Below, one piece after another: positions 61,260 to 64,000 of a stretch of 64,000 nt of DNA. The notes below the pieces were generated by a model. The model worked only from the letters and a program-made list of their open reading frames with translations, had not been told where the DNA came from and made no database searches. The position numbers were made by a program, and so were the translations under genes. How positions within the stretch are numbered: the stretch's first letter is position 1; each line of letters opens with the position of its first letter. The DNA comes from a bacterium (GTDB lineage: Bacteria; Armatimonadota; UBA5829). Location: contig JAJFUS010000011.1 in NCBI GenBank assembly GCA_021372295.1, positions 19,442-83,441 of the forward strand, read 5' to 3'.

Positions 61260-61930
61260 TGGTCGGGCCCCTTAAGCATATACCCCAGCCGGTGAACAGT
61301 GCGAATGAGCTTTACATCGTGCTCGGCGTCGATCTTTTTGCGCAGTTGTGCGATGTAGACATCCACCGTGTTCGAGTAGCTGTCCAGATCCATCCAGACC
61401 TGTTCCTGAATGACGTCTCTGCTCATTACCATTCCCTCATGCGCGGCGAGGGCTTCCAGCAGTTCGTACTCGCGAGGCGTAAGCAGTATTTCTTTTCCCG
61501 ACCGGATTACCCTGCGGCGCACGGTGTCGATCTCGAGGTCGGCGACTTTTACTGTACGGGACCGGTGGACTTTATCGCGCCTGATGAGCGCTCTTACGCG
61601 AGCCAACAATTCGGGGAACTCGAACGGCTTGGAAAGATAATCATCTGCGCCGATCTCAAGACCCCGCACGCGGTCTTCCAGGGTATCTCGCGCGGTCAGC
61701 ATCAAGATGGGCACCTGGCTGCGAGCCGCCCGAAGCGACTCGCAGACTGCCCAGCCGTTCATTCCGGGCAGCATTATGTCGAGGATCACAAGTGAATAAG
61801 AACCGTCTTTTGCCTTGGCAAGCCCGGCCGTTCCATCCCCTGCGATATCCACATCGTAATAGGCCGTCTCCAAACCCCGTTTTATGACTTCTGCGATCGC
61901 CTCGTCATCCTCAACAAGCAGAATTTTCAC
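61256..61930 (-). CDS. OmpR-family response regulator
   Basis: MKILLVEDDEAIAEV...LDIMLPGMNGW receiver and a winged-helix output (LTPREYELLEALAAHEG...VYIAQLRKKID). Confidence 0.93.
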   Translation of the reverse strand: MKILLVEDDEAIAEVIKRGLETAYYDVDIAGDGTAGLAKAKDGSYSLVILDIMLPGMNGWAVCESLRAARSQVPILMLTARDTLEDRVRGLEIGADDYLSKPFEFPELLARVRALIRRDKVHRSRTVKVADLEIDTVRRRVIRSGKEILLTPREYELLEALAAHEGMVMSRDVIQEQVWMDLDSYSNTVDVYIAQLRKKIDAEHDVKLIRTVHRLGYMLKGPDQ

Positions 61931-61947
61931 TTCATTTCCTCGTTTGG

Positions 61948-64000
61948 TTAAGGCGCCGGAAGCATGAGGAAGCAGTCCTGCACAGCCTTAATCCAGTAAG
62001 CCTTCCAAGGAGCCATGTCGGCTGTTGCGCCATCCAGCTTTGATGGGTCGCCGACCAGATAGTAAGCATAGGCGTCAGGATCCCAGCCCCATGCATAGCT
62101 GCGCACGTACGCCCCAGCGTCTTTCAGCGCATACTCCGTGCCGTTGCCTGATACCGCCTTAATTGCCGACAAATCCCAATTCACTGACGTCAAAAATGGC
62201 TGCCCGATCAGGTTCCAGCCTTTATAAAGCGCAATGCTGACATTCTCACTCTGGTCCGGCACTTCACCGCAAGGCACGTCGGGCGTGCCGGAAAATTTTG
62301 CCCAGAAGCCTCGTCCCGGAGTTGCGCTGGTCGGCATGAACCATGAGTCGAGGTCGGAGTCGCCGGTATAAGTGGCATACTCTCCATCAGTGGTGACCCA
62401 GGCGCACCAGCCTGCACCGGAGAAATCCACCACATCCGCCGGGTCATTGTAATCGGGGATGATTGGCAGGGAGACCATTGCCATGCCATGCCATGCGTCG
62501 GCTACCGACACATCCTCGCAAGTTATCTCAATTGAATCTGACGCGGTTTTGCCGCCGATATCCGATGCGGTCACAGTAATTTCATTGAGCCCGATCTCAA
62601 GCGGGATGTTCGACACGCTCCAAGATTTAGCTCCGGCAACAGAACCCGTGTCTCCGGTTGTGGAGTTTGCCCATGTTATTGCGGTTGTGTCGCTCGAGGC
62701 GGTTCCACCCAATTTGACGGCCGCGCCAGTGCGATTCGTCGTGGCATCGCTGGTTGGGCTGCTGATCGCTATTGTCGGTGCTGGGTCGATGACCTTTATT
62801 GTCACAGAACCGGATGCATTCACACCCGACATCAGTATGCAGCTTGCCTTGCAAATCAATTTTACGGACAAATCTTTTCCGGTGCTGTTTGTGGGCGCGG
62901 TGTATGTGGTGATCCGGTTCGAACTGGAACTGAACGACCCACCAGCGCCACCGTCCGACCACGAATAAGTAACGCTGTGCCTGGCTCCGTCCTCCGCCGT
63001 AATCGAGCACGAGACCGTTTTTCCGGCGTTGACTTCACTGGGAGTGGCTGTTGGGCCACTGGTTATCGTGATTTCGTGATTGCCCAGCACCCTCAGCCTT
63101 GCGGTCGCGGAACCTGACACAACGGGATTCACGGAAGACGCCGCAGTGCAGGTTATGATTATGGTAATGTCGCCATTGTCGGCGACTGTAGGAGCCGTAT
63201 AAGTGGTTGCAGCGGTGTCGGAAGAAGAGAAAGTCCCGCCCACGCCGCCGTCCGACCACTTATATGTCACGTTATAGCCCAGCGAATCGGTAGCCGAGGC
63301 AGTGCATCTCGAGGTTCCCTGTGTGCCCACTATGCTTGGCGAAAGCGTTATACTTGAAAGAGTTACAACGTCCCGATTGACCGTTATTGTGTCCGAGGCA
63401 GTGTTGCCGCCGATATCGGTGGCTGTGATGACTATGGCGTTTTTTCCCGCGCGCAGAGCAATATCCGATGCCGTCCAGGTTTCAGTCCCGCTGCAAGTTC
63501 CTTCGTCACCTGTGTCTGTGTTCTCCCATGACAGGCAAGACAATCCTGTATCATCGCTTGCCGCGCCCGAAAGAGTGATGGAGCTTGACGTAGTCTCGTA
63601 GGTGTCATTGCTGGTCGGGCTGGTGATTGAGATTGTAGGAGGCATGGTGTCGTCAGTTTCCAGAGTTGCGTATGCTTTCAGGCATACGTTTGTTTTTGTA
63701 CCATCATAACCATAACCATCGCCTTTACTGTCATAGCTACTAAGTGTCGTGGTGTCTGCCCAATTGGAGCCATCGAAGCTGTAATAACTCTGCCCTGCGC
63801 TGGCTGTAGCTCCTGTGCTGTAAGGCTCCTTATTGCCATCTTTATCATAGTACCAGGTTGACTGCTCTATTGGGATGGGATAATAATTGTCCGGAGTTTT
63901 CAGCTTCACGACGACCGAAAAAGTCTGCCCCTGTGTTAAAGGCACGGGAGTGTCGAGCTTGACGGTCGCGTACCCAGGCATAGAAACCGTCCCGGTTTGT
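61948..64000 (-). CDS. large secreted Ig-like-repeat protein, C-terminal part (5' end beyond window)
   Basis: The frame stays open upstream of the track ATG (63981) to the window edge (..QTGTVSMPGY..). Repeated modules of about 90 aa (PTISITSPTS...GTETWTASDIALRAGKNAIVITATDIGGNTASDTITV; PTIAISSPTS...AKSWSVSNIPLEIGLNEITVTASDIGGKTASDSIEI). Confidence 0.8.
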   Translation of the reverse strand, partial: QTGTVSMPGYATVKLDTPVPLTQGQTFSVVVKLKTPDNYYPIPIEQSTWYYDKDGNKEPYSTGATASAGQSYYSFDGSNWADTTTLSSYDSKGDGYGYDGTKTNVCLKAYATLETDDTMPPTISITSPTSNDTYETTSSSITLSGAASDDTGLSCLSWENTDTGDEGTCSGTETWTASDIALRAGKNAIVITATDIGGNTASDTITVNRDVVTLSSITLSPSIVGTQGTSRCTASATDSLGYNVTYKWSDGGVGGTFSSSDTAATTYTAPTVADNGDITIIITCTAASSVNPVVSGSATARLRVLGNHEITITSGPTATPSEVNAGKTVSCSITAEDGARHSVTYSWSDGGAGGSFSSSSNRITTYTAPTNSTGKDLSVKLICKASCILMSGVNASGSVTIKVIDPAPTIAISSPTSDATTNRTGAAVKLGGTASSDTTAITWANSTTGDTGSVAGAKSWSVSNIPLEIGLNEITVTASDIGGKTASDSIEITCEDVSVADAWHGMAMVSLPIIPDYNDPADVVDFSGAGWCAWVTTDGEYATYTGDSDLDSWFMPTSATPGRGFWAKFSGTPDVPCGEVPDQSENVSIALYKGWNLIGQPFLTSVNWDLSAIKAVSGNGTEYALKDAGAYVRSYAWGWDPDAYAYYLVGDPSKLDGATADMAPWKAYWIKAVQDCFLMLPAP

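Overview
Origin-proximal chromosomal segment of a moderately GC-rich diderm bacterium (about 55-60% G+C in coding regions, judged by eye). I can support 58 protein-coding genes, two of them cut by the window edges. I found no rRNA, tRNA or CRISPR array.

Landmarks:
- An isolated nuoH-I-J-K fragment (0.6-3.0 kb).
- scpA/scpB and pyruvate phosphate dikinase.
- dnaA (26054-27454), followed by six DnaA boxes and an AT-rich unwinding region (oriC, about 27.73-27.94 kb).
- recF, a DUF721/DciA-like gene and rtcB.
- parA-parB, with a perfect parS inside parB.
- RNase G next to its usual radical-SAM neighbour.
- A SigH-like sigma factor and an orphan FlgM.
- A 1339-aa C25 (gingipain-like) surface protease.
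- Two H-X9-DG pseudopilins and an SLH-anchored porin.
- Two OmpR-type signalling modules.

The most unusual content is non-coding:
1. Seven copies of a roughly 200-bp mosaic repeat. It is built from seven consecutive hairpin modules in fixed order. The central 17-bp hairpin is hypervariable in sequence but keeps pairing through compensatory changes. Copies sit directly after stop codons in either orientation and make up about 2% of the window.
2. Three copies of a 38-nt conserved-loop hairpin that bracket an AT-richer islet (13.75-15.83 kb) carrying an HNH nuclease and an XRE regulator.
3. A roughly 310-nt GC-rich intergenic region (22.30-22.61 kb) with two nested 15-bp long-range helices ending in a T-tract. 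It looks like an unclassified structured RNA or leader.

DUF1559-type pseudopilins, an SLH porin, SigH/SpoIIE/RsbW-type regulators and scattered operon fragments suggest an Armatimonadota-like lineage. That is inference only. All family calls come from motif recognition by eye, with no database search.
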